DNA of 64,000 bases from an uncultured delta proteobacterium (lineage in GTDB: Bacteria > Desulfobacterota > Syntrophia > Syntrophales > UBA2185): NCBI GenBank assembly GCA_963729715.1, contig CAVSPA010000010.1:181230-245229 (forward strand), written 5' to 3'. The notes beneath the pieces were generated by a model. The model worked only from the letters and a program-made list of their open reading frames with translations, did no database searches and was not told the DNA's origin. Within the stretch, counting starts at the first letter, position 1. The number at the start of each line of letters is the position of its first letter. The translations under genes and the position numbers were made by a program. Below are positions 10,317 to 20,380 of this stretch, in pieces.

Positions 10317-10784
10317 ATGATTGATAGAACACCAGAACGGAGTGGAGAACTCTTCAAATCAGGATTTCGCTGAGCCGAAAGCGTTTTGCTTTCCGTGGCA
10401 GAGAGCAAAAATGTTAGATCGGAATTAATTCCGAAAATCGCCAGCGGCTTCTGCGGCGGAATCGCAAGGACGAGCGGGATTTGTGGAGCGGTCAGCGGCG
10501 CCGTTATGGCGATAAGCATATTTTATGGAAGAGGCTTGCCGGATGAGCCAATCGATAAGAGCTACGTCCCAGTAAGAAAATTAATAGAAACCTTTGAGAA
10601 CGAATTCGGTTCGACGAATTGCAGAGAGTTGACAGGGTGCGATCTGGGGACAGACAAAGGCAGGAAGAGATACTTTGCAACGAATATGCTTGAGCGATGC
10701 AGAGGTTATACTGAAGAAGCCACAAGAATGGCAATGTCAATTATCGAAAGAAAACCGCAGACGGAAGTTGTTGCAAACGCATAA
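10317..10784 (+). CDS. C-GCAxxG-C-C family redox-active selenoprotein (Sec at TGA 10371-10373), 155 aa
   Basis: ATG 10317 with upstream GGAG; in-frame GFR-TGA-AESV matches the family's GxxCAESV motif; downstream ICGAVSGA, NCREL, ERC; hairpin 10 nt after the UGA. Confidence 0.85.
10384..10410 (+). promoter_or_regulatory. Putative bacterial SECIS element
   Basis: Stem ttttgctttc / gagagcaaaa (10 bp with one U-G) and G-containing loop cgtggca, starting 10 nt after the in-frame UGA. Confidence 0.7.
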
Positions 10785-10810
10785 CAGCTGTCAACGAGAT
10801 AATCAAGAAC

Positions 10811-11518
10811 ATGCTAATTCATTATTTCCAGCACGTGCCATTTGAGGGATTAGGAAGCATTGAAGGGTGGATACGTGACCGTCGATATCATCTGACGGCA
10901 ACGAGACTCTATCAAAGTGACCCGATGCCGGACATGGAAGGATTTGACTTGCTCGTTGTCATGGGAGGTCCGATGGGTGTTCATGATGAAGATAGATTCC
11001 CCTGGCTGGCGACGGAGAAGCGCATTATTGAGAAAGCCATGGATAAGAGAAAGGCTGTTCTGGGAATATGCCTCGGTGCCCAACTGATAGCCGATGTTCT
11101 TGGTGCCAGAGTGTATCGTAATCGAACCAGGGAAATCGGCTGGTTTCCCATTGAGCTCACGGAGGCGGGGCGACGCTCTCCGTTATTCGGTTTCATGCCC
11201 GAGCGGTTGGAAGTGTTCCACTGGCACGGTGATACATTTGATTTGCCGGCTGGGGCAGTACATATAGCGCGCAGTGAAATATGCACACACCAGGCTTTTG
11301 TGTACAACAAGCGGATAATCGGGTTGCAATTCCACCTGGAGTCCACTGCGGCGGGCGTCGAGGCACTCATTGAGAATTGCTGAGAGGAATTAGCCGGTAG
11401 CAGATACATTCAGGCCCCGTCGCAATTGAAGGCCCATGCAGAGGCTTTCCGCGTTATCAACGGGGCAATGGACGAACTGCTTTCCGGAATTGAGAAAATG
11501 GTCAAGCAGGCATCATGA
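10811..11518 (+). CDS. Type 1 glutamine amidotransferase (GMP synthase-like) with internal TGA at 11381-11383; ORF track stops at 11383
   Basis: MGGPMG, GICLGAQL, WHGDTF, QFHLE; frame stays open 44 codons past the TGA with a plausible C-terminal helix. Confidence 0.8.
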
Positions 11519-11540
11519 CGGCACTGGTTACCCCCAACTG

Positions 11541-13973
11541 CTACATGAAGTTCAGTGGATCCACATCTACCCTAATATCCAGCGCAGTTACAGAAGCTCT
11601 TGAGATGATGTCTTTGGCAAGATCATGAACTGCGCGGGCGTCCTTGCCCTTCAAGAGCAGTTGCCAGCGGTGCCTTGCCTTGATTCTGGCAATGGGGGAC
11701 TCTGCCGGACCAATAACTTCCACCTTGCCTTTCAACTCATTCTTTATCAACGAGTCTGCAATAAAATGTCTCAGTCCTTCAAGCCCTTCCATGCCCTTCT
11801 CTTTTGACAGGCTCGACAGTTGAAGATTAACAATCCGGGTGAGAGGGGGATAGGACAGCGCACTTCGCAGTGCAAGCTCATCATCATAGAATCCCATATA
11901 ATCATGATCCTTCGCCCTGGTTATCGCATAGTGACCGGGATTAAAGGTCTGGATAATGACCCTTCCGGGAGATTCGCCCCTTCCTCCCCTTCCGGAAACC
12001 TGGGTCAGGAGCTGAAATGTTCTTTCCGACGCTCGGAAATCGGGTATATTGAGGGATGTATCCGCTGAAATTACACCCACCAGCGTGACGCAAGGGAAGT
12101 CGTGTCCTTTGGTAATCATCTGCGTTCCTACAAGGATATCGATATCACGCTGCGCAAGGGCCTTTAATATCTTTTCGTAAGCCCCTTTCGCAGATGTTGT
12201 ATCACTGTCCATTCTTTCAATTCTGGCATGCGGGAAAAGCTTTTTGACTTCCTCCTCCAGTCTTTCCGTTCCCAAGCCGTAGGGGCGAATACGTTTTCCC
12301 TGACAAGCGGGACACGACGAGGAGGGTCTCATGGCATAGTCGCAATAGTGGCACTTCAGATTGCTTTCACTCGCGTGATAGGTCATGGATACGGCGCAGT
12401 TCAGGCATTTAAATACATGCCCGCAGTCAAAGCAGAATGTGAAGGTATAAGAGCCGCGCCTATTCAAGAAGAGGAGAGTCTGCTGTTTCTTTTTAAGTGT
12501 GTCATCAATCGCTTCTTTCAATGCCCGGGACAGGACATGAGAGGAAGCATATCCACTGCCCTCCACCTCTCGCTTCATATCGATGATTTCAATCTTCGGC
12601 AGTGGTCTGTCTTCCACCCTGCTGGGCAGGACAAGGTACTTGTATTTCCCCTTCATCATATTGAAATACGTCTGAACGGCAGGCGTGGCGGAGCCTAAAA
12701 CAACCGTTGCTGAACTGAGGTTTGCCTTCATGATTGCGAGGTCACGGGCGCTGTATCTCATCCGATCATCCTGCTTGTAAGAGGTGTCATGTTCCTCATC
12801 CACGATAATCAGCTTAAGATTTCTTACAGGTGCGAAGATAGCCGAGCGGGCGCCGATGACGACATTGATGTCACCTCTTTGTATCCGCCTCCATTGATCG
12901 TACCGTGCAGATTTTGAGATACCGCTGTGAAGCACAGCTATCTCCGGGTCTTTAAATCTCTTGATAAAGCGGGTGAGCAGTTGCGGCGTCAAGGCTATTT
13001 CCGGGACAAGAAAAATTACGCCCCCCCTCATTCTGATAGTTTCTGCAATGGCATTGAAGTACACTTCCGTCTTGCCGCTCCCTGTGACTCCATGGAGGAG
13101 GAACGGCGAGAATCTGTTGTTCTGGAGGCCTTTTACAATCGCGCAAAGAGCATCTTCCTGATCCTCGTTCGGCGTAATTACGGATTGGCCGCCGCCGATA
13201 TCAGGATTCTGACCGTGTCCCCGGGAGACTTCTTGTTCGCTTATGCGGACAATACCCCGTTGTTCCAATCTTCTTAGCAAGGGCAGGACATTCTTGAATT
13301 TCTTCGAGAGGAAAGCGACGGAGCAAGAGCCATGCGTACTGAGTAATTCGGTGAGCAAGGTTTGTTTTCCTGTGAGCTTTGTAACGGCTGTATCCCGGCA
13401 ATTGAGATGGACGAGCTTTTCCTTTTTCGAGCTCACCTCCGGTTTCCCTGTTTTTAGTTCTTCAGCGACAAATCCCGCACCGATGAGGGCATTGATGTCT
13501 CTGGAAATGTCTTTCTTTCCGATTAATGTTTTTAGTCTATCAAGAGGCAGGCCACCCGGGAAATGATCGATAGTATCGATTATGCACTTTTGGACCGCAG
13601 AAATCATGGGGTCGTTTCCTTCCTGTCTCTTTCTGATGATAGTGATCCACCGGTCGCTTTTCGGATCGATTCCACCGGGCAGGATTTCGGCAAGCTCCTT
13701 TCCGAGAGGATAGATGTAGTATTGTGACGCCCAACGGTAGAATTTCAAATCTTCTTCGTTGAAAAGGGGTTCGGGGTCTAATATTTCTATGATTTCTTTA
13801 ACGTCTTCGATATATGCCAGGTGAGATACTTCGACTATATATGCCGTGAGCCTTCTCTTGCCGAAAGGAACGAGAACCCGTTTTCCAATGGCGATTTCTC
13901 GCTCAAGAGCCTCAGGGACGGAATATGAGAATGTCTTTTCCGAAGGGATATTAACAGCGACTGTTACAAACAT
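11541..13973 (-). CDS. priA: Primosomal protein N'
   Basis: [18 protein letters not shown], Cys-rich zinc region, GTQMITKGHDFP. Confidence 0.97.
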   Translation of the reverse strand: MFVTVAVNIPSEKTFSYSVPEALEREIAIGKRVLVPFGKRRLTAYIVEVSHLAYIEDVKEIIEILDPEPLFNEEDLKFYRWASQYYIYPLGKELAEILPGGIDPKSDRWITIIRKRQEGNDPMISAVQKCIIDTIDHFPGGLPLDRLKTLIGKKDISRDINALIGAGFVAEELKTGKPEVSSKKEKLVHLNCRDTAVTKLTGKQTLLTELLSTHGSCSVAFLSKKFKNVLPLLRRLEQRGIVRISEQEVSRGHGQNPDIGGGQSVITPNEDQEDALCAIVKGLQNNRFSPFLLHGVTGSGKTEVYFNAIAETIRMRGGVIFLVPEIALTPQLLTRFIKRFKDPEIAVLHSGISKSARYDQWRRIQRGDINVVIGARSAIFAPVRNLKLIIVDEEHDTSYKQDDRMRYSARDLAIMKANLSSATVVLGSATPAVQTYFNMMKGKYKYLVLPSRVEDRPLPKIEIIDMKREVEGSGYASSHVLSRALKEAIDDTLKKKQQTLLFLNRRGSYTFTFCFDCGHVFKCLNCAVSMTYHASESNLKCHYCDYAMRPSSSCPACQGKRIRPYGLGTERLEEEVKKLFPHARIERMDSDTTSAKGAYEKILKALAQRDIDILVGTQMITKGHDFPCVTLVGVISADTSLNIPDFRASERTFQLLTQVSGRGGRGESPGRVIIQTFNPGHYAITRAKDHDYMGFYDDELALRSALSYPPLTRIVNLQLSSLSKEKGMEGLEGLRHFIADSLIKNELKGKVEVIGPAESPIARIKARHRWQLLLKGKDARAVHDLAKDIISRASVTALDIRVDVDPLNFM

Positions 13974-14101
13974 CGGGCTCGTTACCTGTTTGGACAAGGC
14001 GGGAAAATTGTATTACACTTGATCTGTGGGGTTGTTATATCTTGTTGTAATGCGAGGTCGTGGTTAAAGAGTATATGTATTCAGGATATCAATCGGGATG
14101 C

Positions 14102-14494
14102 TTATTCCCCTTTGAGCCTTTCTATCTTTTCCTGTTTGGTCTTGCAATCGATGCAGAGAGTCGTTACCGGTCTCGCCATCAGCCTCTTCTCAGAGATGGG
14201 GCCGCCACAGACCTCACACATACCAAAGACACCATCGTCGATACGCTTTATGGCCTCTTGTATCTTGAGGAGCAACTTTCTTTCCCTGTCTCTGATGCGG
14301 AGCTCAAAGTTTCTGTCTGATTCGAGAGTCGCCCGGTCATTGGGATCGGGAAAATTTTCCTTTCCGGTTGTCATGTCGGAGACTGTTTTTTCCGCCTCAT
14401 CGAGGAGCTCATTCATTTTTTGGGTTAGGAGGTATCTATAAAATTGACGCTTCTCCGGTTTCATGGTTTGAAATTTTTCTGGTTTCGTGGCCAT
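14102..14494 (-). CDS. dksA: RNA polymerase-binding protein DksA
   Basis: FPDPNDRATLESDR, C4 zinc finger CEVC...CIDC. Confidence 0.93.
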   Translation of the reverse strand: MATKPEKFQTMKPEKRQFYRYLLTQKMNELLDEAEKTVSDMTTGKENFPDPNDRATLESDRNFELRIRDRERKLLLKIQEAIKRIDDGVFGMCEVCGGPISEKRLMARPVTTLCIDCKTKQEKIERLKGE

Positions 14495-14636
14495 CTCGAT
14501 CACCCTGTGGAACACTTAACATGAAGTCTTTATTTGAATTGTGTTTAATACACAAAGACTGCCTTCTTGTAAAGGAAAATAATCATTCGCCGGAGAAATG
14601 AATTAATTGCTAAAATTACAATGACTTATGATTTCA

Positions 14637-15119
14637 TTAGTATTGGCAGTAGGCCTTTTTCACTTTTTCAATGATGTTTGTTGTCGATGATCCCTTGATT
14701 TCCGGAATGATAACTACCCTGCCGCCCCATTTCTCTATCGATTCCCGTCCGACAACGTCTTCCTCTTTCCAGTCGCCTCCTTTCACAAGCACGTGGGGCT
14801 TCAGATATTCAATTAACTCGAGGGGGGTCAGTTCGTGGAAAATCGTAACATAATCTACCGATTCAAGGGAGGCGACAAGATCTGCCCGCTCGTTTTGCGG
14901 CGTCAGCGGGCGTTTTTCTCCTTTCAGGGATCGGACCGACTCGTCACTGTTGAGGCCCAGGACGAGTATATCGCCTTGCTTCTTGGCATCTCGAAGATAT
15001 CGGGTATGCCCGACGTGAAGGATATCGAAACAGCCGTTTGTGAAGACAATTTTTTTCCCTTCACCACGAAGTGCGTCAATCTTTTTCTTCAGTTTCTCCC
15101 GGGAATAGATTTTGTTCAT
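14637..15119 (-). CDS. rfaE2: D-glycero-beta-D-manno-heptose 1-phosphate adenylyltransferase
   Basis: FTNGCFDILHVGH, GLNSDESV, KGGDW, SSTTNII. Confidence 0.93.
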   Translation of the reverse strand: MNKIYSREKLKKKIDALRGEGKKIVFTNGCFDILHVGHTRYLRDAKKQGDILVLGLNSDESVRSLKGEKRPLTPQNERADLVASLESVDYVTIFHELTPLELIEYLKPHVLVKGGDWKEEDVVGRESIEKWGGRVVIIPEIKGSSTTNIIEKVKKAYCQY

Positions 15120-15335
15120 TTGTTCCCTCTCCAGTCACTGTTCCTATAGATTTGTCCTCTGAACGAAGAACTTCCTCTCATACCTGCGAGAAATGGCATT
15201 TTAAAATATCGTTTCGGATCATGATCGTGATCAGGTCCGGGCGGAAGTCGGTCTTGCATTATCGGATATTTGCATGATCTTACAATGGCGATGGCAGTAA
15301 TAACAAGAAAAGAATTATGCAAAGGACATATGGGG

Positions 15336-16058
15336 CTAAACCGCTCTGGCCAGTGTCAGAACCACCACTCGCTCGGCCCTGTTCTTCATGAGCACCCGTA
15401 CACATTCTTTTACCGTACTGCCGGATGTATACACGTCATCCACGAGGATGATCCTTTCTCCCTTAACTTTACCTGAATCTGCGATGGGAAAAACACCATG
15501 AACATTCGTTTCCCGCTCCTTCCTTCCGAGGCTGATCCGTGGTTCCGTATACACATGCCTCTTGAGCGCCATGGAGTCCAACGGTATATGGACTCTCCTC
15601 GCCACTTCCCTGGCAAGGATTACGGACTGGTTGAATCCCCTTTCCCTCAATCTCTTGGGATGAAGAGGGACGGGCATGATCAGAGAATATTCTCCGATAT
15701 TGAAAGTTGGGTAGGCGAATTCCGCCACTAATTTCCCGAGGATTTCGCTGATATGTGTTCTCCCGTTGCATTTAAACCGATGGATCGCTTCGGGGAGGGT
15801 GGTTTCGTAACGCCCGACGGCACGGGCGGCCACATAGACTGATTTTGAAACAATGCAATCATTACATAGGTGCCTGCCTCCGTCATCTCCGGCAAAGGGA
15901 ATGCCGCAGCATGGACAGAGAGATGAGTGTATGAAATGTATTTTTGCATAACAGGCGCCGCAGAAGGGGAGATGCTCGTGATGAGCGAGGACGGCGTCGC
16001 ATGTCAAACATCGGGGTGGGAATATGATGTCTGAAAGACCCGCGAGGATACGTTTCAA
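15336..16058 (-). CDS. comF: ComF-family double zinc ribbon phosphoribosyltransferase
   Basis: Four CxxC pairs, PVPLH, RGFNQS, LVDDVYTSGST. Confidence 0.88.
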   Translation of the reverse strand: MKRILAGLSDIIFPPRCLTCDAVLAHHEHLPFCGACYAKIHFIHSSLCPCCGIPFAGDDGGRHLCNDCIVSKSVYVAARAVGRYETTLPEAIHRFKCNGRTHISEILGKLVAEFAYPTFNIGEYSLIMPVPLHPKRLRERGFNQSVILAREVARRVHIPLDSMALKRHVYTEPRISLGRKERETNVHGVFPIADSGKVKGERIILVDDVYTSGSTVKECVRVLMKNRAERVVVLTLARAV

Positions 16059-16060
16059 TA

Positions 16061-16462
16061 CTAAATCCCTTTGTCGAGAGCGGTCATTTCGGTTACCTCA
16101 TCTCCGACATCCATACGCGGCGCATCTGGCCACAGCCTCTCAATATCGTAGAACTCTCTGATCGGATCGTAGAAAACGTGGATGATTACATCTTCGTAAT
16201 CCATAAGAACCCATTTTCCGAGGCTCTCGCCCTCTATACCGAGGGGTATAATACCACATTCTTTAAGATTTTCTCGAATCGATGCCGCTATAGACTGGAC
16301 CTGTCGGTCAGATGTGCCGCTGCAGATGATGAAGTAATCTGCGAAGGCAGATATTTCTTTGACGTTTAGTATGGTTAGGTTCTTGGCTTTTCTTTTAAGA
16401 GAAGCATTTATGCACAGGAGCAACCGTTCTTTTCCATCTATGTCTTCTTTTACCAATAACAC
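16061..16462 (-). CDS. rsfS: Ribosome silencing factor
   Basis: ADYFIICSGTSDRQV, WVLMDY, REFYDIERLW. Confidence 0.95.
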   Translation of the reverse strand: MLLVKEDIDGKERLLLCINASLKRKAKNLTILNVKEISAFADYFIICSGTSDRQVQSIAASIRENLKECGIIPLGIEGESLGKWVLMDYEDVIIHVFYDPIREFYDIERLWPDAPRMDVGDEVTEMTALDKGI

Positions 16463-16545
16463 CTCCTGAAAGAGTATGTGACGACTTTAAGCACAACGTC
16501 ATCGCTTTTTTCGTTATTCTACAATCGTCCGCTTGCTTTTGGCAA

Positions 16546-16571
16546 CTAAAATCTGCTGCTAAAATCTGCTG
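16546..16571. repeat. 13-nt tandem direct repeat CTAAAATCTGCTG x2
   Basis: Perfect duplication in the divergent intergenic region. Confidence 0.8.
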
Positions 16572-16631
16572 CCTCGCCAACGAGGGGTTTCCGCCGAGAA
16601 TGCGGTTGTTAAATAATTTTCCGTATGATAA

Positions 16632-17468
16632 ATGGAGGAGGAGCTCAGATTATTCTTGGCGGACACGGAATTTATCATGCATGATGTATTAAAATTGGTT
16701 CAGGTTCATATGCCGTTCCATTTTCTCCGCAATCAGTTCCTTCCTTTGGTCATAAGAGAAAGAATAAACCCTGAGATCAGCTTCAATCATTTCACGCTCG
16801 ACCATTTCCGGAAAGATGACTTTATAAGCGTTGCCGATCAGCTCTTGGAGGCGGGATTGACCATCAGCTTCCACGCACCGTTCATGGATTTGAGACCCGG
16901 GGCCATAGATCCGGAAATCCGTAAGGTAACTATAGGCCGGCTGCAGCAGGTTTTTGATCTGGTGCCCTATTTTAGGCCCATCTCCGTGGTATGCCATGCC
17001 TCATTCGATAAGAGATACTACGTATCAAACGAGCATGAGTGGCTGGAAAACAGCATAGAGACGTGGAAACTATTTTTGGCACAGGCCGCTGATATGGACA
17101 CCGTCATTGCCCTGGAAAATGTCTATGAAACTGACTGTCAATATTTGGCTTCGCTCCTCAATGCATTTACCTCGCCTCATATATGCTCTTGCTTCGATAC
17201 CGGCCACTTCAACGTATACTCTGCTACGCCCCTCGGAGAATGGATAGATTGCATGGGGGTCCGCATCGGACAGGTCCATATTCATGACAATAACGGGCTT
17301 CTCGATGAACATCTGCCGGTCGGCGAGGGGAACTTCCCTTTTCATGCATTCTTTGAAATGATCCGCAAAAGGGGTCTTAAGCCGGTGATAACTCTTGAGT
17401 CGCATTCAGAAAAGCAGCTCTGGCGCATGTTGGAGAATATCAAGGCACAAAACCTGTTTGTGGGATAG
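16632..17468 (+). CDS. Sugar phosphate isomerase/epimerase (AP endonuclease 2 TIM barrel) family; alternative start at 16677
   Basis: HAPFMDL, ALENV, CFDTGH, HIHDNNG..DEHLPVGEG, TLE. Confidence 0.85.
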   Translation: MEEELRLFLADTEFIMHDVLKLVQVHMPFHFLRNQFLPLVIRERINPEISFNHFTLDHFRKDDFISVADQLLEAGLTISFHAPFMDLRPGAIDPEIRKVTIGRLQQVFDLVPYFRPISVVCHASFDKRYYVSNEHEWLENSIETWKLFLAQAADMDTVIALENVYETDCQYLASLLNAFTSPHICSCFDTGHFNVYSATPLGEWIDCMGVRIGQVHIHDNNGLLDEHLPVGEGNFPFHAFFEMIRKRGLKPVITLESHSEKQLWRMLENIKAQNLFVG

Positions 17469-17507
17469 CTTGATTGATGACCACAAAGATTGGCGTGGAG
17501 GCATCAC

Positions 17508-18482
17508 TTGCTTAGATACATTGCCGAGAGATTGATATCCATGGTGCCACTCCTGATCGGTATAACGATGGTCTGCTTTGTCGTCATGCATCTCGCCCCG
17601 GGCTCCCCCACCGACATGGAGACACAGATGAACCCGAGGGCATCCGCCGATTACAGGGAGCGCCTGAATGCGATGTACGATCTTGATAAACCTCTCTATC
17701 AGCAGTACTTGTCCTGGGTCGGGAAGATTGCCGTCCTGGACCTGGGGAAGTCATTCTCCTCGGACCGCAGGCCCGTGGCACGGAAGATCATCGAACGCCT
17801 GCCTGTCACCATCCTCATCAATGTGCTTTCCATGGTCCTGATTTTTGTTATTGCTATTCCCATCGGCGTTCTTTCAGCCGTACACAAAGACTCCCTTTTT
17901 GATAAGATTACCGGTGTCTTCGTTTTCGTGGGATTTGCCATACCAACCTTCTGGCTGGCCCTGCTTTTAATGATCTTGTTTGGGATTGACCTGGGGTGGT
18001 TGCCTATATCGGGTATCCGGTCTTTGAATTACGACTATCTTCCTCCCGGGATGGTGTTTCTGGATGTGGTGAAGCACCTTATCCTCCCCGTTACGCTCTC
18101 CGCCTTCGGCGGTCTGGCGGGCCTTTCCCGTTATATGAGATCCAATATGCTGGAAGTGATCAGGCAGGATTATATCATGACGGCTAGGGCAAAGGGTTTG
18201 AGTGAGCGTAAGGTCATCTATAAGCATGCCCTCAGGAATGCCCTCCTTCCCGTTATAACTATCTTAGGGTTGTCCGTGCCCGGTCTTATCGGGGGGAGCG
18301 TCATCTTCGAGAGCATTTTCGCCATACCCGGAATGGGGCAGCTTTTTTATATGTCTGTCATGGCTCGGGATTATCCGGTTGTAATGGGAATTCTCTTAAT
18401 CGGGGCTGTATTGACACTGCTGGGGAACTTGATTGCCGATGTCTCCTATGCCCTCGCAGATCCACGGATCAGGGTTTCATAG
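17508..18482 (+). CDS. Peptide/nickel ABC transporter permease (DppB/OppB-like)
   Basis: DLGKSF, TARAKGL, KHALRNA, FAIPGMG; TTG start after GGAGG. Confidence 0.92.
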   Translation: MLRYIAERLISMVPLLIGITMVCFVVMHLAPGSPTDMETQMNPRASADYRERLNAMYDLDKPLYQQYLSWVGKIAVLDLGKSFSSDRRPVARKIIERLPVTILINVLSMVLIFVIAIPIGVLSAVHKDSLFDKITGVFVFVGFAIPTFWLALLLMILFGIDLGWLPISGIRSLNYDYLPPGMVFLDVVKHLILPVTLSAFGGLAGLSRYMRSNMLEVIRQDYIMTARAKGLSERKVIYKHALRNALLPVITILGLSVPGLIGGSVIFESIFAIPGMGQLFYMSVMARDYPVVMGILLIGAVLTLLGNLIADVSYALADPRIRVS

Positions 18483-18491
18483 GTGTAGAGT

Positions 18492-19322
18492 ATGGGGACT
18501 GATTTCTGGAAGAGGTTTAAAAAAAATAGAATAGCTCTTGCCGGGAGTTTTGTTGTCATCCTGCTTTTTGCTGTATCCATCCTTGCACCTGTGATCGCTC
18601 CCTACGATCCCCATGAGATTGATCTTAAGTTGGTACTTGCACCGCCTTCGGGCAGCCACCTTTGCGGTACTGATCAGCTGGGCCGGGATGTCTTTTCGCG
18701 GATGGTCTGGGGTTCCCGGATATCATTGAGGGTGGGGTTTGTCGCCACGGGCATTGCCATCCTCATCGGGGCAGTCCTCGGCGCTGTGGCAGGGTATTAT
18801 GGAAGGTGGACAGATGCCGTGATTATGAGATTCGTCGACATTATGCTCTGTTTCCCGACTTTTTTTCTTATCTTGGCCGTGATTGCCTTGCTTGAACCTT
18901 CTATCTGGAACATAATGATCATCATCGGGCTAACAGGCTGGATGGGTATCACACGGCTTGTACGGGCTGACTTTACGTCCCTGAAGGAGAGGGATTTTGT
19001 ACTCGCTGCGAGGGCAATAGGCGCCAGCGATTTGAGAATTATTTTTATCCATATCTTGCCCAACGCCATGGCATCTGTCCTCGTTGCGGCGACACTGGGC
19101 GTTGCCGGGGCAATTCTCACCGAATCGGCCCTCAGTTTCTTGGGGATCGGTGTGCAGCCGCCGACGCCGAGCTGGGGGAATATACTGACCGCCGGTAAAG
19201 ACAATATTGATATCGCCTGGTGGCTCTCCCTGTATCCAGGGTTGGCAATTCTTATCACCGTCTTAGGCTATAACCTCTTGGGGGAAGGCATAAGGGATTC
19301 TCTTGATCCGAGGTTGAAGTAG
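18492..19322 (+). CDS. Peptide/nickel ABC transporter permease (DppC/OppC-like)
   Basis: GTDQLGRD, HILPN, ESALSFLGIG, PSWG, LDPR. Confidence 0.92.
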   Translation: MGTDFWKRFKKNRIALAGSFVVILLFAVSILAPVIAPYDPHEIDLKLVLAPPSGSHLCGTDQLGRDVFSRMVWGSRISLRVGFVATGIAILIGAVLGAVAGYYGRWTDAVIMRFVDIMLCFPTFFLILAVIALLEPSIWNIMIIIGLTGWMGITRLVRADFTSLKERDFVLAARAIGASDLRIIFIHILPNAMASVLVAATLGVAGAILTESALSFLGIGVQPPTPSWGNILTAGKDNIDIAWWLSLYPGLAILITVLGYNLLGEGIRDSLDPRLK

Positions 19323-19434
19323 TTGCAGTTACAAACCCCGGGATATGGCGGCGCTGTTCAGCACGAATGCTGACGGTCGTGTTTATTAAATCGGTACAAT
19401 ATCTCTCGGTAAGAAACTTTCGACGTTTCTGTAT

Positions 19435-20223
19435 TCAGAGAAGCCCAGTGATCATTCCCAAGCCGACTATCGCAAGCAAAATCCCAACTATAAATTGCAC
19501 GGATTTCAGAGTAATTTTTTTCAGTAATGTACTCCCCATGAACGCGCCTACAAATGCCGACAGTATTGCGGCGACAACAAGGTTAACTCCTATACTAGAG
19601 TCAAGTTCTCTGAACTGTGTAAAATTGAAACTGAGGCCGTAGATAAACAATCTCGTGATGTCGATTATTACTGCTGCAACTGTCCCGGTGCCGACAAACG
19701 TTTCCGGATTCATGCCTGCCTTAATCAGGAAGGCGCTGCGAAAGGCGCCCTGATGACCGGAGAGCCCGCCGAGAAATCCCGAGATTATGCCCCCTATGGG
19801 GAGATACATGCGATCAAAAGAGAGCCGTTGAAAACGCGGCAAAAATTCCAAGAACGAAAAAACAAGAATGACGCCCCCGATTGTTAGCTTCAGGGTGGAG
19901 ATGTCATGCATTTTGCCATCGACGGTATATGATGCAAAAGAAGGCATACCGGCGAAGAGGTTTAGCGTCGCAGCCCCAGCCGCGGCGGCCAAGGCGCCAG
20001 GCAGGGCAAACTTTGCCACAACCTCCCAATCGGCCTTCTTTCCCACTAAGAACGTCTTGAATACATTGTTTGCTAGGTGAACCACAGCTGTTGCGGCTAC
20101 TGCAACCTGTATGGGGAAAAAAAGAGCGAAGGCCGGCATAAGTACCGTGCCCAGACCAAATCCCGAAAAAAGTGTTGAGGCGGAAACGAACAGTGCGACT
20201 GAGCAGACTATGGCATATTCCAT
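19435..20223 (-). CDS. TSUP/TauE-SafE family membrane transporter
   Basis: SGFGLGTVLMP and GFLGGLSGHQG; multiple TM segments. Confidence 0.85.
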   Translation of the reverse strand: MEYAIVCSVALFVSASTLFSGFGLGTVLMPAFALFFPIQVAVAATAVVHLANNVFKTFLVGKKADWEVVAKFALPGALAAAAGAATLNLFAGMPSFASYTVDGKMHDISTLKLTIGGVILVFSFLEFLPRFQRLSFDRMYLPIGGIISGFLGGLSGHQGAFRSAFLIKAGMNPETFVGTGTVAAVIIDITRLFIYGLSFNFTQFRELDSSIGVNLVVAAILSAFVGAFMGSTLLKKITLKSVQFIVGILLAIVGLGMITGLL

Positions 20224-20380
20224 TTAGATAATTCTTTTCTAAATTTAAAAAGGCGCTTTTACAGTGTTGAACAAAGTGCCTGTTCGCAAGCTCTCGCTTG
20301 AACCGGCGAAGATGCTAACCGGTGGGACCACGGTCTTGCCAAAGGGGAGGTGAGGTGTCCGCCGGAGAATCTAGTACACT

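Noticed and set aside
15116..15335. Small ORFs between comF and rfaE2
   Set aside because: No recognisable family or convincing SD; could be a decayed gene but this cannot be supported
15336..16058. comF as a pseudogene (several unusual residues)
   Set aside because: The frame is intact and core zinc and PRPP motifs are retained
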